From Thermoanaerobaculia bacterium (lineage in GTDB: Bacteria > Acidobacteriota > Thermoanaerobaculia > UBA5066), in NCBI GenBank assembly GCA_035519355.1, contig DATIWM010000232.1:1-41007 (forward strand): a stretch of 41,007 nucleotides of DNA, in the 5' to 3' direction. The notes under the pieces are model-generated. The model did no database searches, was not told the DNA's origin, and worked only from the letters and a program-made list of their open reading frames with translations. This document shows, piece by piece, positions 1 to 7,534 of this stretch (position 1 is the stretch's first letter; each line of letters starts with the position of its first letter). Position numbers and translations under genes: made by a program.

Positions 1-1806
1 GTTCGCCGCCGGGACGAGAAGGGGCGCCGGGCCCGGGGCGCGCGCGCCCGCCCCGAGGTCCGCCGTCAGGATCGCCGGCGCCTGATCGGGAAGAGCGGGG
101 GGCACGCCGAGGAGCCGGAGCGACTCTCCCATCACGGCCGAGAAGATCGGCGCCGCGACGTCGCCGCCGTAGTAATTCCCTTTCGGTTCGTCCACGACGA
201 CCGCCACGACGAGGCGGGGCGCCTCGACCGGCGCGAAGCCGACGAAGGAGGCGACGTGTCGGTCCTTCGAATAACCGCCGCCCGGCGCCGCCTTCTGCGC
301 CGTACCGGTCTTTCCCGCGGTCGTATAGCCGGGGACGGCGGCGAGCTTCCCCGTCCCCCCTTCCACGACGCCGGTCATGAGTCGCCGCAGGGTGGCCGCC
401 GTCGCCCCCGATACGACCCGGACCAGCGGCCGCGGCGCGATCCGCCGGACATCGCTCTCGCTGCGTCGGATCTCCTGGACGAGGTACGGCGCCGGAAGGA
501 GGCCGTCGTTCGCGATTGCCGCGTAGCCGCGGGCCATCTGGAGCAGCGTCACGCCGATTTCCTGCCCGAACGACATCGTCGGGAGGGAGAGCGCGCTCCA
601 GGACGCCACGTCGGACAGGAGCCCGCTCGTCTCGCCGTCCAGGTCGATTCCCGTCCGCTGACCGAAGCCGAAGGCGCGCACCGCCCGGTAGAAGGGCCCC
701 CGGCCGAGGGAGAGTCCGATCCGCGCGCTTCCGATGTTCGAGGAGTAGGCGAGAACCGCCGGGAGCGGGAGCGTCGCCCACGCCTTGTGCCCGTGTTCGT
801 GGATCGTCGTCGGGCCGATCGTCAGCGCCCCGTTCCCGCAGTCGATGACGTCGTTCTCGGCGACGGCACCGGCGTCGAGCGCCGCGGCGAAGGTGATCAC
901 CTTGAACGTGGAGCCCGGCTCGAACGCGTCGGCCAGCGGCCGGCAGCGGCGTGTCTCGGCGTCCACGTCGCCGTAGTGATTCGGGTCGAAGCCCGGAGTC
1001 GTGCCAAGCGCGAGGACGGCGCCGGTCTTCGGATCGAGGACGACGGCCGACACCGACCGCGCGCCGTGTTCCCGCTGGGCCTTCTCGATTTCGCGCTCGA
1101 CGACATGCTGGATCGAGGCGTCCAGCGTCAGGACGAGCGTCGACCCCTCGGTTCCCGAGGCGGAGGCCCCCCGCGCCGGGGACCGGCCGAGCTGCCGCGT
1201 GGCGTAGTGACGTTGGGCCGCGTCACGCAGGAGCGTGATGCGGACCGGCTGGCCGCGGATCTCCGCGTCAAAGCGGTGCTCGAGTCCCGCGAGACCGACG
1301 TTGTCCATCCCGACGTATCCGAGGAGCGCCGCGGCCAGCGTCCCCTCCGGGTAGCGCCGCGCCGACTCCTTCCAGAGCTTCACGCCGGGCGGGAGGGATC
1401 GCCCGAGCTTCGCGGCCGTCTCCTCGGAAACCCTCCGGGCCAGCCAGACGAAGTCCTTCTCCACGTTGGAGAGGCGCCGCTCGAGCTCGCGGGCCGGCAC
1501 GCCCAGGACGGGCGCCAGGGCCGCCGCCGTCGTCATCGGATTCTCGACGTCGGACGGGATCGCGAAGACCGAGTCCACGTAGACCGTGACGGCGAGGGAT
1601 TTCCCCTGCGCGTCGAGGATCGCGCCGCGCCACGGCGCGAGCTCCACCGTCCGCTCCTGCTGCTTCTTCGCGCGCCGGACGAACTCCTCCTTCCGGAAGA
1701 CCTGCAGGTCCACGAGCCGAAACAGCAGGACGAAGATCCAGAGCCCCGCGCCGGCGAGGAGGACCAGCGCGCGACGGGACGCGTCCGGGCGGCCGGCCGT
1801 CGTCAG
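1..1806 (-). CDS. ftsI: Class B penicillin-binding protein / peptidoglycan D,D-transpeptidase (FtsI-like); C-terminal end lies beyond position 1
   Basis: Absent from the ORF track because no stop lies in the window. My minus-strand translation (codon starts at positions divisible by 3) gives an N-terminal TM helix RRALVLLAGAGLWIFVLLFRLVDLQV (about 1776-1700). It also gives SXXK as GSTFK (901-915), SXN as YSSN (736-747) and KTG as GKTGT (301-315). The gene follows mraZ-rsmH-ftsL as in dcw clusters. The start codon is unresolved: the only near-cognate codon is CTG at 1806. Confidence 0.85.
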   Translation of the reverse strand, partial: MTTAGRPDASRRALVLLAGAGLWIFVLLFRLVDLQVFRKEEFVRRAKKQQERTVELAPWRGAILDAQGKSLAVTVYVDSVFAIPSDVENPMTTAAALAPVLGVPARELERRLSNVEKDFVWLARRVSEETAAKLGRSLPPGVKLWKESARRYPEGTLAAALLGYVGMDNVGLAGLEHRFDAEIRGQPVRITLLRDAAQRHYATRQLGRSPARGASASGTEGSTLVLTLDASIQHVVEREIEKAQREHGARSVSAVVLDPKTGAVLALGTTPGFDPNHYGDVDAETRRCRPLADAFEPGSTFKVITFAAALDAGAVAENDVIDCGNGALTIGPTTIHEHGHKAWATLPLPAVLAYSSNIGSARIGLSLGRGPFYRAVRAFGFGQRTGIDLDGETSGLLSDVASWSALSLPTMSFGQEIGVTLLQMARGYAAIANDGLLPAPYLVQEIRRSESDVRRIAPRPLVRVVSGATAATLRRLMTGVVEGGTGKLAAVPGYTTAGKTGTAQKAAPGGGYSKDRHVASFVGFAPVEAPRLVVAVVVDEPKGNYYGGDVAAPIFSAVMGESLRLLGVPPALPDQAPAILTADLGAGARAPGPAPLLVPAAN

Positions 1807-2225
1807 AAGCCCTCCTCGTTCGAGACGGGCGCCGGGGACGACGTCGGCGCGGCGCGGCGCGGCGTCGGCGGGACCGGTGTGGCGCCGGACGTGACGCCGG
1901 CGATCAGGAGGATCTGTTCGGGAGCGGGCGGCACGAGGCCCAGGCTCCGCCGTGCGATCTCGTCGACCCGCCCCAGCGCCGTGGCCTGCGCCCGGTCCAT
2001 CCGGAGCTGGCGGTTCCGTTCGAGCAGGGTCTCCCGCTGCTTGCCGACCTTCGCGAGCTGGTAGCCGAGGCGGACGGTCTCGAGATTGGCCCAGATGGCG
2101 GCCAGGAGAACGAGCATCGGCGGCACGGCTGCGAGAGCGAGGGCCGCGAACTCCCGCGTCCTCTTCCGGTCGCGCTCGCGGACGAGGTAGACGTTCTCGA
2201 CGGGCCGGCGGACCGCGTAGGCCAT
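1803..2225 (-). CDS. ftsL: Cell division protein FtsL-like (single-pass membrane, coiled coil)
   Basis: Track ORF 1803..2315 trimmed to the internal ATG at 2225 (MAYAVRRPVENVY...), 14 nt after the rsmH stop. It has one TM helix (FAALALAAVPPMLVLLAAIWA) followed by a heptad-like segment (LETVRLGYQLAKVGKQRETLLERNRQLRMDRAQ). It sits between rsmH and ftsI. Confidence 0.7.
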   Translation of the reverse strand: MAYAVRRPVENVYLVRERDRKRTREFAALALAAVPPMLVLLAAIWANLETVRLGYQLAKVGKQRETLLERNRQLRMDRAQATALGRVDEIARRSLGLVPPAPEQILLIAGVTSGATPVPPTPRRAAPTSSPAPVSNEEGF

Positions 2226-2238
2226 GGGCCGCCCCCCC

Positions 2239-3192
2239 TCACCGCGGCGGCGAACCCGGCCGCCCGTTCTCCTCGGCGGCGCGCTCCAGGACCCGGAGAC
2301 GCGCGGAGCGCGCACGCGGGTTCTGGGCCAGCTCCGGGAGCGACGGGCGGATCGGTTTCCTCGTGACGAGCGCCATCACCCGGCGCCGGGGGCAGACGCA
2401 GACGGGAAAGGACGGCGGACAGGTGCACCCGGCCGTCTGACGCGCGAAGACGTGCTTGACGATCCGGTCCTCCAGCGAGTGGTACGACAGCACCGCGACG
2501 CGCGCGCCGAGCGCGAGCCGGGCGATGGCGTCGTCGAGAAACCGCTCGAGGTCGATCAGCTCGCGGTTCGTCGCGATCCGGAGAGCCTGGAAGACGCGCG
2601 TCGCCGGGTCCTTGTGGCGCTCCCGCTTCGGTCCCGTGGCCTTCAGCACGAGGCGCCGAAGCTCCCCCGTGGTGACCACCGGTGCCGCGGCGCGAGCTTC
2701 CACGATTTCCCGGGCGATGCGTCCGGCCATGCGCTCCTCCCCGTACTCGCGGAAGATCCGCGAGAGTTCCTCCCGAGACAGCCCGTTCACGAGATCCGCG
2801 GCGGACGGTCCTGCCTTCGACATCCGCATGTCGAGCGGCCCGTCCTTCATGAAGGAGAACCCCCGCTCCGCGCGGTCGAGCTGCAGCGACGACACGCCGA
2901 GATCGGCCAGGATGCCTTCGACCGCGGCGATCCCGAGCCGGTCGAGGTGGGCGGCGATTTCCTCGTAACGTCCTTCGACGGGAACGAGACGGCCGCCGAA
3001 GCGGGCGAGGCGTTCGCGCGCCAGGGCGAGCGCCTCGGGGTCCGCGTCGATCCCGACGACCCGGACGGCGGCCGACGCGTCGAGCAGCGCTTCGGCATGT
3101 CCGCCGAGGCCGAGCGTCGCGTCGACGAACGTCCCGCCCCGCTCCGGCCGGAGGAGCGTGACGACCTCGCGGAGCAGAACCGGAACGTGCAC
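2239..3192 (-). CDS. rsmH: 16S rRNA (cytosine1402-N4)-methyltransferase RsmH/MraW
   Basis: 317-aa ORF with GTG start at 3192 and GGAGGAG about 5 nt upstream. The N-terminus HVPVLLREV...FVDATLGLGGHAEALL, the YHSLEDRIVK motif and the Cys-rich tail (CTCPPSFPVCVC) are typical of RsmH. Confidence 0.95.
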   Translation of the reverse strand: MHVPVLLREVVTLLRPERGGTFVDATLGLGGHAEALLDASAAVRVVGIDADPEALALARERLARFGGRLVPVEGRYEEIAAHLDRLGIAAVEGILADLGVSSLQLDRAERGFSFMKDGPLDMRMSKAGPSAADLVNGLSREELSRIFREYGEERMAGRIAREIVEARAAAPVVTTGELRRLVLKATGPKRERHKDPATRVFQALRIATNRELIDLERFLDDAIARLALGARVAVLSYHSLEDRIVKHVFARQTAGCTCPPSFPVCVCPRRRVMALVTRKPIRPSLPELAQNPRARSARLRVLERAAEENGRPGSPPR

Positions 3193-3207
3193 CGGTCTCC
3201 TCCGTCC

Positions 3208-3654
3208 TCAGAGCAGGTGGCGCGACAGCGCGTCGTAGTCCTCATCCGTCAGCTTTTCGGCCTTGAGGGCCTTCAGGTGCTTCGTCTTGTTCACGAGCTT
3301 CAGGTGATCCGTCTGCCCGAGGACCAGGGCCTCGCCCGAGATGCCGGCCACGTCCCGGAGAAGCGACGGAATGAGAAGGCGCCCCTGCGGGTCCATCTTC
3401 ACGGGCTGACCGAACGTGTTGAACCGCTCCAGAAACTTCGAGCGAGCCCGGTGGACCGGCGGGAGCGCCGCGAGCTTCTCTTCGAAAGCGTTCCAGACCG
3501 GCATCGGGTAGACGAGCACGTCGCCTCCGGTGATCGACGTGAGGAAGAAATCCGCCCCCCACGCTTCCTCGATCGGCTCGCGGAAGATCGCCGGGACCTT
3601 GAACCGGCCCTTCTCGTCCACCGTCGTCTCCGCGCTGCCTCGAAGCCGATCCAT
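3208..3654 (-). CDS. mraZ: Transcriptional regulator MraZ
   Basis: 148 aa with two SpoVT/AbrB-like halves (VDEKGRFKVPAIFRE and MDPQGRLLIPSLLRD). It is the first gene of the dcw cluster, directly upstream of rsmH. Confidence 0.95.
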   Translation of the reverse strand: MDRLRGSAETTVDEKGRFKVPAIFREPIEEAWGADFFLTSITGGDVLVYPMPVWNAFEEKLAALPPVHRARSKFLERFNTFGQPVKMDPQGRLLIPSLLRDVAGISGEALVLGQTDHLKLVNKTKHLKALKAEKLTDEDYDALSRHLL

Positions 3655-3705
3655 GTTCCTTCCCGGAAAACAGAAGCCCCTGTGGGCCCTCGGGGGCCCT
3701 CAGAG

Positions 3706-3740
3706 CCCACGATGCACCACAGATGACCACTTTTTTCCAC
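3706..3740 (-). promoter_or_regulatory. MraZ operator: four direct GTGG[A/T/G] boxes at exact 10-bp spacing
   Basis: The plus strand shows CCCAC (3706-3710), ACCAC (3716-3720), ACCAC (3726-3730) and TCCAC (3736-3740). On the gene strand this reads GTGGA-N5-GTGGT-N5-GTGGT-N5-GTGGG, 52-86 nt upstream of the mraZ ATG. It matches the known MraZ-box architecture of GTGG-type direct repeats with 5-nt spacers. Confidence 0.7.
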
Positions 3741-3745
3741 CGACG

Positions 3746-3775
3746 AGTATCGAACCCCGGGGTCCGCTCCGTCAA
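3746..3775 (-). promoter_or_regulatory. Candidate sigma70-type promoter of the mraZ/dcw operon (TTGACG-N18-GATACT)
   Basis: The minus strand reads TTGACG (3775-3770), an 18-nt spacer, then GATACT (3751-3746), immediately upstream of the first MraZ box. The predicted transcription start would fall inside the operator. Confidence 0.45.
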
Positions 3776-3810
3776 GGGGAAAAGGAACGAAGGTCCCGCC
3801 GTGGAAGGTT

Positions 3811-4974
3811 TTGCAGGGTGCTACCCTCCCGGGTCCCGTGACCCTAGACGCCCCGCGGTCCCCGGCCGTCCTCGACGACGAAGCCTCCCTCCCGGCTCTC
3901 CTCTCCCGTCTCGACGCGCTGGCGCCCGCTCCGGTCTCGCTCGACACCGAGGCCGACTCGTTCCACCACTATTTCGAGAAGGTCTGCCTCGTGCAGGTCG
4001 AGGTGGCGGGAGAGATCTTTCTCGTCGATCCGCTCGGTCCCGTTCCGCTCGCGCCGCTCCTGTCGCGCCTGGCGCCGCGGAAGCTCCTGATGCACGGGGC
4101 GGACTACGACCTCCGCCTTCTCTATCGCGATCAGGGTTTCCGCGCCGGCACGCTCTTCGACACGATGATCGCGGCCCAGCTCCTCGGCGAACGGGAGATC
4201 GGCCTGGCGGCCCTCCTGGCGAAGCGGCTCTCCGTCTCGCTCGACAAGGCGCACCAGCGGGCCGACTGGAGCGCGCGTCCGCTGCCGCCGGGCCTGGTCG
4301 CCTACGCCGCGGCCGACGTGGCGCACCTCCCCGCCCTCGCGGCGTCGCTCGAGGGCGAACTCGCGGAGAAGGGGCGCCTGGCCTGGCACGAGGAGGAGTG
4401 CCGACGCCTGGCCGCCGCGCCGTTCCCCCCGGAGCGCGAGACGGACCCGGAAAACGACTGGCGGATCAAGGGGACGAACGCGCTTTCGGCGAAGGAGCGC
4501 GCCTTCGTCCGCGCCCTCTGGGAGGTCCGCGAGGCGCGGGCGCAGGCCCTCGACCTTCCCCCCTTCCGCGTGATGACGAACGAGCGGCTGCTTCCGGCCG
4601 CCCGGCTCGCCGCCGCCGGCGAAGGCGATCTCCTGACGCTCTTTCCCGGCCCTCGCCCGCTTCCGGGCGCTCTGGCCCTCGAGATCCGGCGGGCCCTCGA
4701 TGCGACGCGGCGGCTGCCTCCGTCCGCGTGGCCGGCGCCCCGGCGCGGCGCGGCGTCCGAGTCCGACCCCGAACTCGATCGGTTCGTCGACCGGCTGAAG
4801 AAGGAACGGGATCGGAAGGCTCAGGAGCTCGGTCTCGACCCCGGCGTCCTCGCGTCGCGGACCGTCCTGACCGCAGCCGCGCGGGCTCTCCTCCTCGAGA
4901 AGCCGACTTCCCCCGAGCGTCTCGCCGCCGCCGCCGGCATTTCGCTCTGGCGGGCCGGGCTGCTCGCTCCCTGA
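3811..4974 (+). CDS. rnd: Ribonuclease D (DEDDy 3'-5' exonuclease plus HRDC region)
   Basis: Exonuclease motifs are present: LDTEADSF, HGADYDLRLL, FDTMIAAQLL and YAAADVAHL. The C-terminal HRDC-like segment contains FRVMTNERLL. The start is TTG at 3811 or GTG at 3838. Confidence 0.85.
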   Translation: MQGATLPGPVTLDAPRSPAVLDDEASLPALLSRLDALAPAPVSLDTEADSFHHYFEKVCLVQVEVAGEIFLVDPLGPVPLAPLLSRLAPRKLLMHGADYDLRLLYRDQGFRAGTLFDTMIAAQLLGEREIGLAALLAKRLSVSLDKAHQRADWSARPLPPGLVAYAAADVAHLPALAASLEGELAEKGRLAWHEEECRRLAAAPFPPERETDPENDWRIKGTNALSAKERAFVRALWEVREARAQALDLPPFRVMTNERLLPAARLAAAGEGDLLTLFPGPRPLPGALALEIRRALDATRRLPPSAWPAPRRGAASESDPELDRFVDRLKKERDRKAQELGLDPGVLASRTVLTAAARALLLEKPTSPERLAAAAGISLWRAGLLAP

Positions 4975-4984
4975 ACGGCCGCCG

Positions 4985-6640
4985 TCAGAACTTCCAGGTG
5001 AGGCCCGTGTAGGCGTCGCCCTGCGACAGGTAATTCGAGCCGTAGTAGGAGTAGCAGCCGTAATAAGGGCTGCAGGTGCCGTAGCCGGCGCTCTTCGAGT
5101 TGATGTAGACCGGCATCCAGCGGAGTCCCAGGCGCGCGCCAAAGTGGTCGGCGAAGGCGTACTTGATGCCGCCGCCGAAGCTCCCCGAGAAGCGCAGCAC
5201 GCTCGAGAACTCGGGTGACGGCGTGAGAAGCGTCGCGCCGAAGAGCAGGTCCAGATAGAGCCGCGCGGCGTTGGAGCGGTCTCCCGAGAGCCACATGCCG
5301 CCGATCTGGAAGGTGTCGATGTTCAGGTGCGACAGCTTCTGGTCGTAGCCGATTCCGGCGGCGGTGAACTTGGCCTCGAGCTCCGTGTCCTGGTGGCTCC
5401 AGAGCAGCTCCAGGTTCAACTTCTCGGAGACCCGGTATTCCACGGTCGCGCCCCAGCTCATCGAGGCGGGAACGCCGATCTTCTCGATGTAGGAATTCGC
5501 CAGCTGCGAGGTCGTGCCGCCGAAGCGATAGCCGAACATCGCCGTGATCTCGATGCCGAAGTCCCGCGAGGCCTTCCCCGGCGTGACGGCCGGGACGTCG
5601 TACGGCGTGGCGCCGGGCGCCGCCGGTGTCAGGGCGGAGAACGTGGCGTCCTGGGCCGGCGCCGGCGGCGTGTAGTAGGCCGCCGCCTCCGGCGCGACGC
5701 GGATGACGGCGTCCCGCCTGAGCTTTTCGAGGTACTCGGCGAGCTTCTTCTGGAACTGCGTCTCCTGCTCGCGCTTCAGGATTTCCGCCTTCACCTCCGA
5801 GAAGGGCTTGTACGCGACGGGGGATTTCTCGAGCACCTTGACGAGGTGCCAGCCGAACTTGGTCGCGATCGGGTCGGAGACGGTGTTCACCGGGAGGGAG
5901 AAGACCGTCTTGTCGATCTCGGACAGCAGCTCGCCGCGGCTCACCCATCCCAGGTCGCCCCCCCGGTTCTTCGTCGAGCCGTCGGAATACGCCTTCACGG
6001 CCTCCTCGAACTTGGCGCCGCTCCGGAGCATGTCGACGGCGGCCTGGACGCGCTGCTGCGTCGTGGCGGGGTCGTCCCCCCGGGAGATGAGGATCTCCGC
6101 GAGTCGTGCCTTTTCGGGGATCCGGTATGACTCCTTTTCCCGCTCGTAGATGATGCGGAGCGCGTCGTCCGACGTGTCCACCTTGCTCTGCACCTCGCGG
6201 CCGACGACGCGCTGCACGGTTCCGGCGTTCCGGAGCTGGTCGCGGAGCTTCTCGAGCGTCAGTCCCTGAGACTCCAGGGCTTTCTCGAACTCCGCGTCGG
6301 TCGTGATCTTGTTCTCCTCCTTGAGCCGCCGGATCTGATCCTCGATCTCCTTGTCGTTCGTGATCAGGTCCAGGTCGCGCGCCCGGTCTTCGAGAAGCGC
6401 CTCGTTGATGAGCGTGTTGAAGAGCGCCTTCTTGAGTTCGTCCACACGCGCGGCGTTGGCCGGCGGGCCCTGCTCCCGGATCGCCTGCTCGTACCGGGCG
6501 TCGAAGGCGCTTTGCGTGATGATCCGGGAGTTGACGTAGGCGAGGATCCGCTCGATGGTCTCCACGGCCGGCGCGGAGGCCGCTGCGAGGAGCGCGAGCA
6601 GGATCGGCACGGCGGGGCGGGCGAGCCGGGTGGACGTCAC
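4985..6640 (-). CDS. SurA-like periplasmic chaperone / parvulin PPIase fused to a C-terminal outer-membrane beta-barrel domain
   Basis: GTG start and signal peptide (LARPAVPILLALLAAASAPAVE). A SurA-N-like region (ILAYVNSRIITQSAFD...) is followed by a parvulin core (ARLAEILISR...GGDLGWVSRGELLSEIDKTVFSLPVNTVSDPIATKFGWHLVKVLE). A Pro/Ala linker then leads to about 180 aa of alternating-hydrophobic strands ending in the beta-signal TGLTWKF. Confidence 0.8.
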   Translation of the reverse strand: MTSTRLARPAVPILLALLAAASAPAVETIERILAYVNSRIITQSAFDARYEQAIREQGPPANAARVDELKKALFNTLINEALLEDRARDLDLITNDKEIEDQIRRLKEENKITTDAEFEKALESQGLTLEKLRDQLRNAGTVQRVVGREVQSKVDTSDDALRIIYEREKESYRIPEKARLAEILISRGDDPATTQQRVQAAVDMLRSGAKFEEAVKAYSDGSTKNRGGDLGWVSRGELLSEIDKTVFSLPVNTVSDPIATKFGWHLVKVLEKSPVAYKPFSEVKAEILKREQETQFQKKLAEYLEKLRRDAVIRVAPEAAAYYTPPAPAQDATFSALTPAAPGATPYDVPAVTPGKASRDFGIEITAMFGYRFGGTTSQLANSYIEKIGVPASMSWGATVEYRVSEKLNLELLWSHQDTELEAKFTAAGIGYDQKLSHLNIDTFQIGGMWLSGDRSNAARLYLDLLFGATLLTPSPEFSSVLRFSGSFGGGIKYAFADHFGARLGLRWMPVYINSKSAGYGTCSPYYGCYSYYGSNYLSQGDAYTGLTWKF

Positions 6641-6670
6641 GTCGCGGAGTCTAGCGAAATCGGGGCCCGC

Positions 6671-7534
6671 TCACCGCGAAGACCCGACGTACCGCGGATT
6701 CGTCCCGACGTACGGAAACGGCAGGTGCTCCTCCACGACGGCGACCGGATGCCGCCGCCTCGCCCGGGCCACGAGGTCGGAGGCCGCCTTCACGCTCCGT
6801 TCCTCGGCCAGCGAGAGGCGGAGCGCCGATTTCGCTTCGTCGAAGGGGATGTCGCGCCCCTCGAACCGCTCGTCGACCCGGAGGATGTGAAAGCCGTGGG
6901 GGGCCGCGACGATCCCCGTCGTCTGCCCGGCCGGCAGCCCCCAGAGGACCTTTTCGAACTCGCGCGGCAGGTCGGTCCTCGAGAGAAGCCCGAGAGAGCC
7001 GCCCGTCGCCGCGTTCGGAGCGAGGCTCAGCGTCCGCGAGATCTCCGGCCAGGGCTCCCCCGCCTGAAGGCGCTTCTGTGCCGCTTCGGCCGCCTCACGG
7101 CTCCGGAAGAGGAGCTGGGAGACACGGATCAGGGCGGGTCGACGGAACCGGTCCGCGTGGGCGGCGTACTCCCTCCGGAGGTCGTCCTCCGAGATGGTCT
7201 CCACGCCGGCCTGCCGCGCGATCAGCGATCGGCGCCGCTCGGCCGCCGTGTTTCCCTCGGGAGGCGGCGCCGCATCCTCCTCCGCCCGGTCGAGGAGAAG
7301 CTCGTCGACATACTGATCGAGAAGGCTCGACGCGACGCGCGGCGCCACGTCCTTCGGCTCCTCGCCGGCCGCGGCCTTCAGATAGGCCGCCACGTCGTCC
7401 CACCTCACCGGGCGATCGCCGACGAGCGCGACCACGGATGGGTCGGCCGCCGGTCGGGGCGCCCGCCTCGCGCACGCCGGCAGGAGAACGACGCCCGAAA
7501 GGAGAAGCGTCCCGAGGGCGAGCCGCCGTCTCAC
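6671..7534 (-). CDS. Parvulin-type peptidyl-prolyl isomerase, probable lipoprotein (PrsA/SurA-like)
   Basis: This is the 3' 864 nt of track ORF 6671..10510. GTG at 7534 overlaps the mfd stop (GTGA), with GGAGG 4 nt upstream. The signal has a lipobox-like end (RRRLALGTLLLSGVVLLPAC). The parvulin core reads ALIRVSQLLF...GGSLGLLSRTDLPREFEKVLWGL...GIVAAPHGFHILRVDER. Confidence 0.8.
   Translation of the reverse strand: MRRRLALGTLLLSGVVLLPACARRAPRPAADPSVVALVGDRPVRWDDVAAYLKAAAGEEPKDVAPRVASSLLDQYVDELLLDRAEEDAAPPPEGNTAAERRRSLIARQAGVETISEDDLRREYAAHADRFRRPALIRVSQLLFRSREAAEAAQKRLQAGEPWPEISRTLSLAPNAATGGSLGLLSRTDLPREFEKVLWGLPAGQTTGIVAAPHGFHILRVDERFEGRDIPFDEAKSALRLSLAEERSVKAASDLVARARRRHPVAVVEEHLPFPYVGTNPRYVGSSR

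Noticed and set aside
256-2064. 602-aa plus-strand ORF at the window start
   Set aside because: It is antisense to the ftsI/ftsL frames, which carry SXXK, SXN and KTG motifs and TM helices. The plus-frame product is Arg-rich with no motifs.
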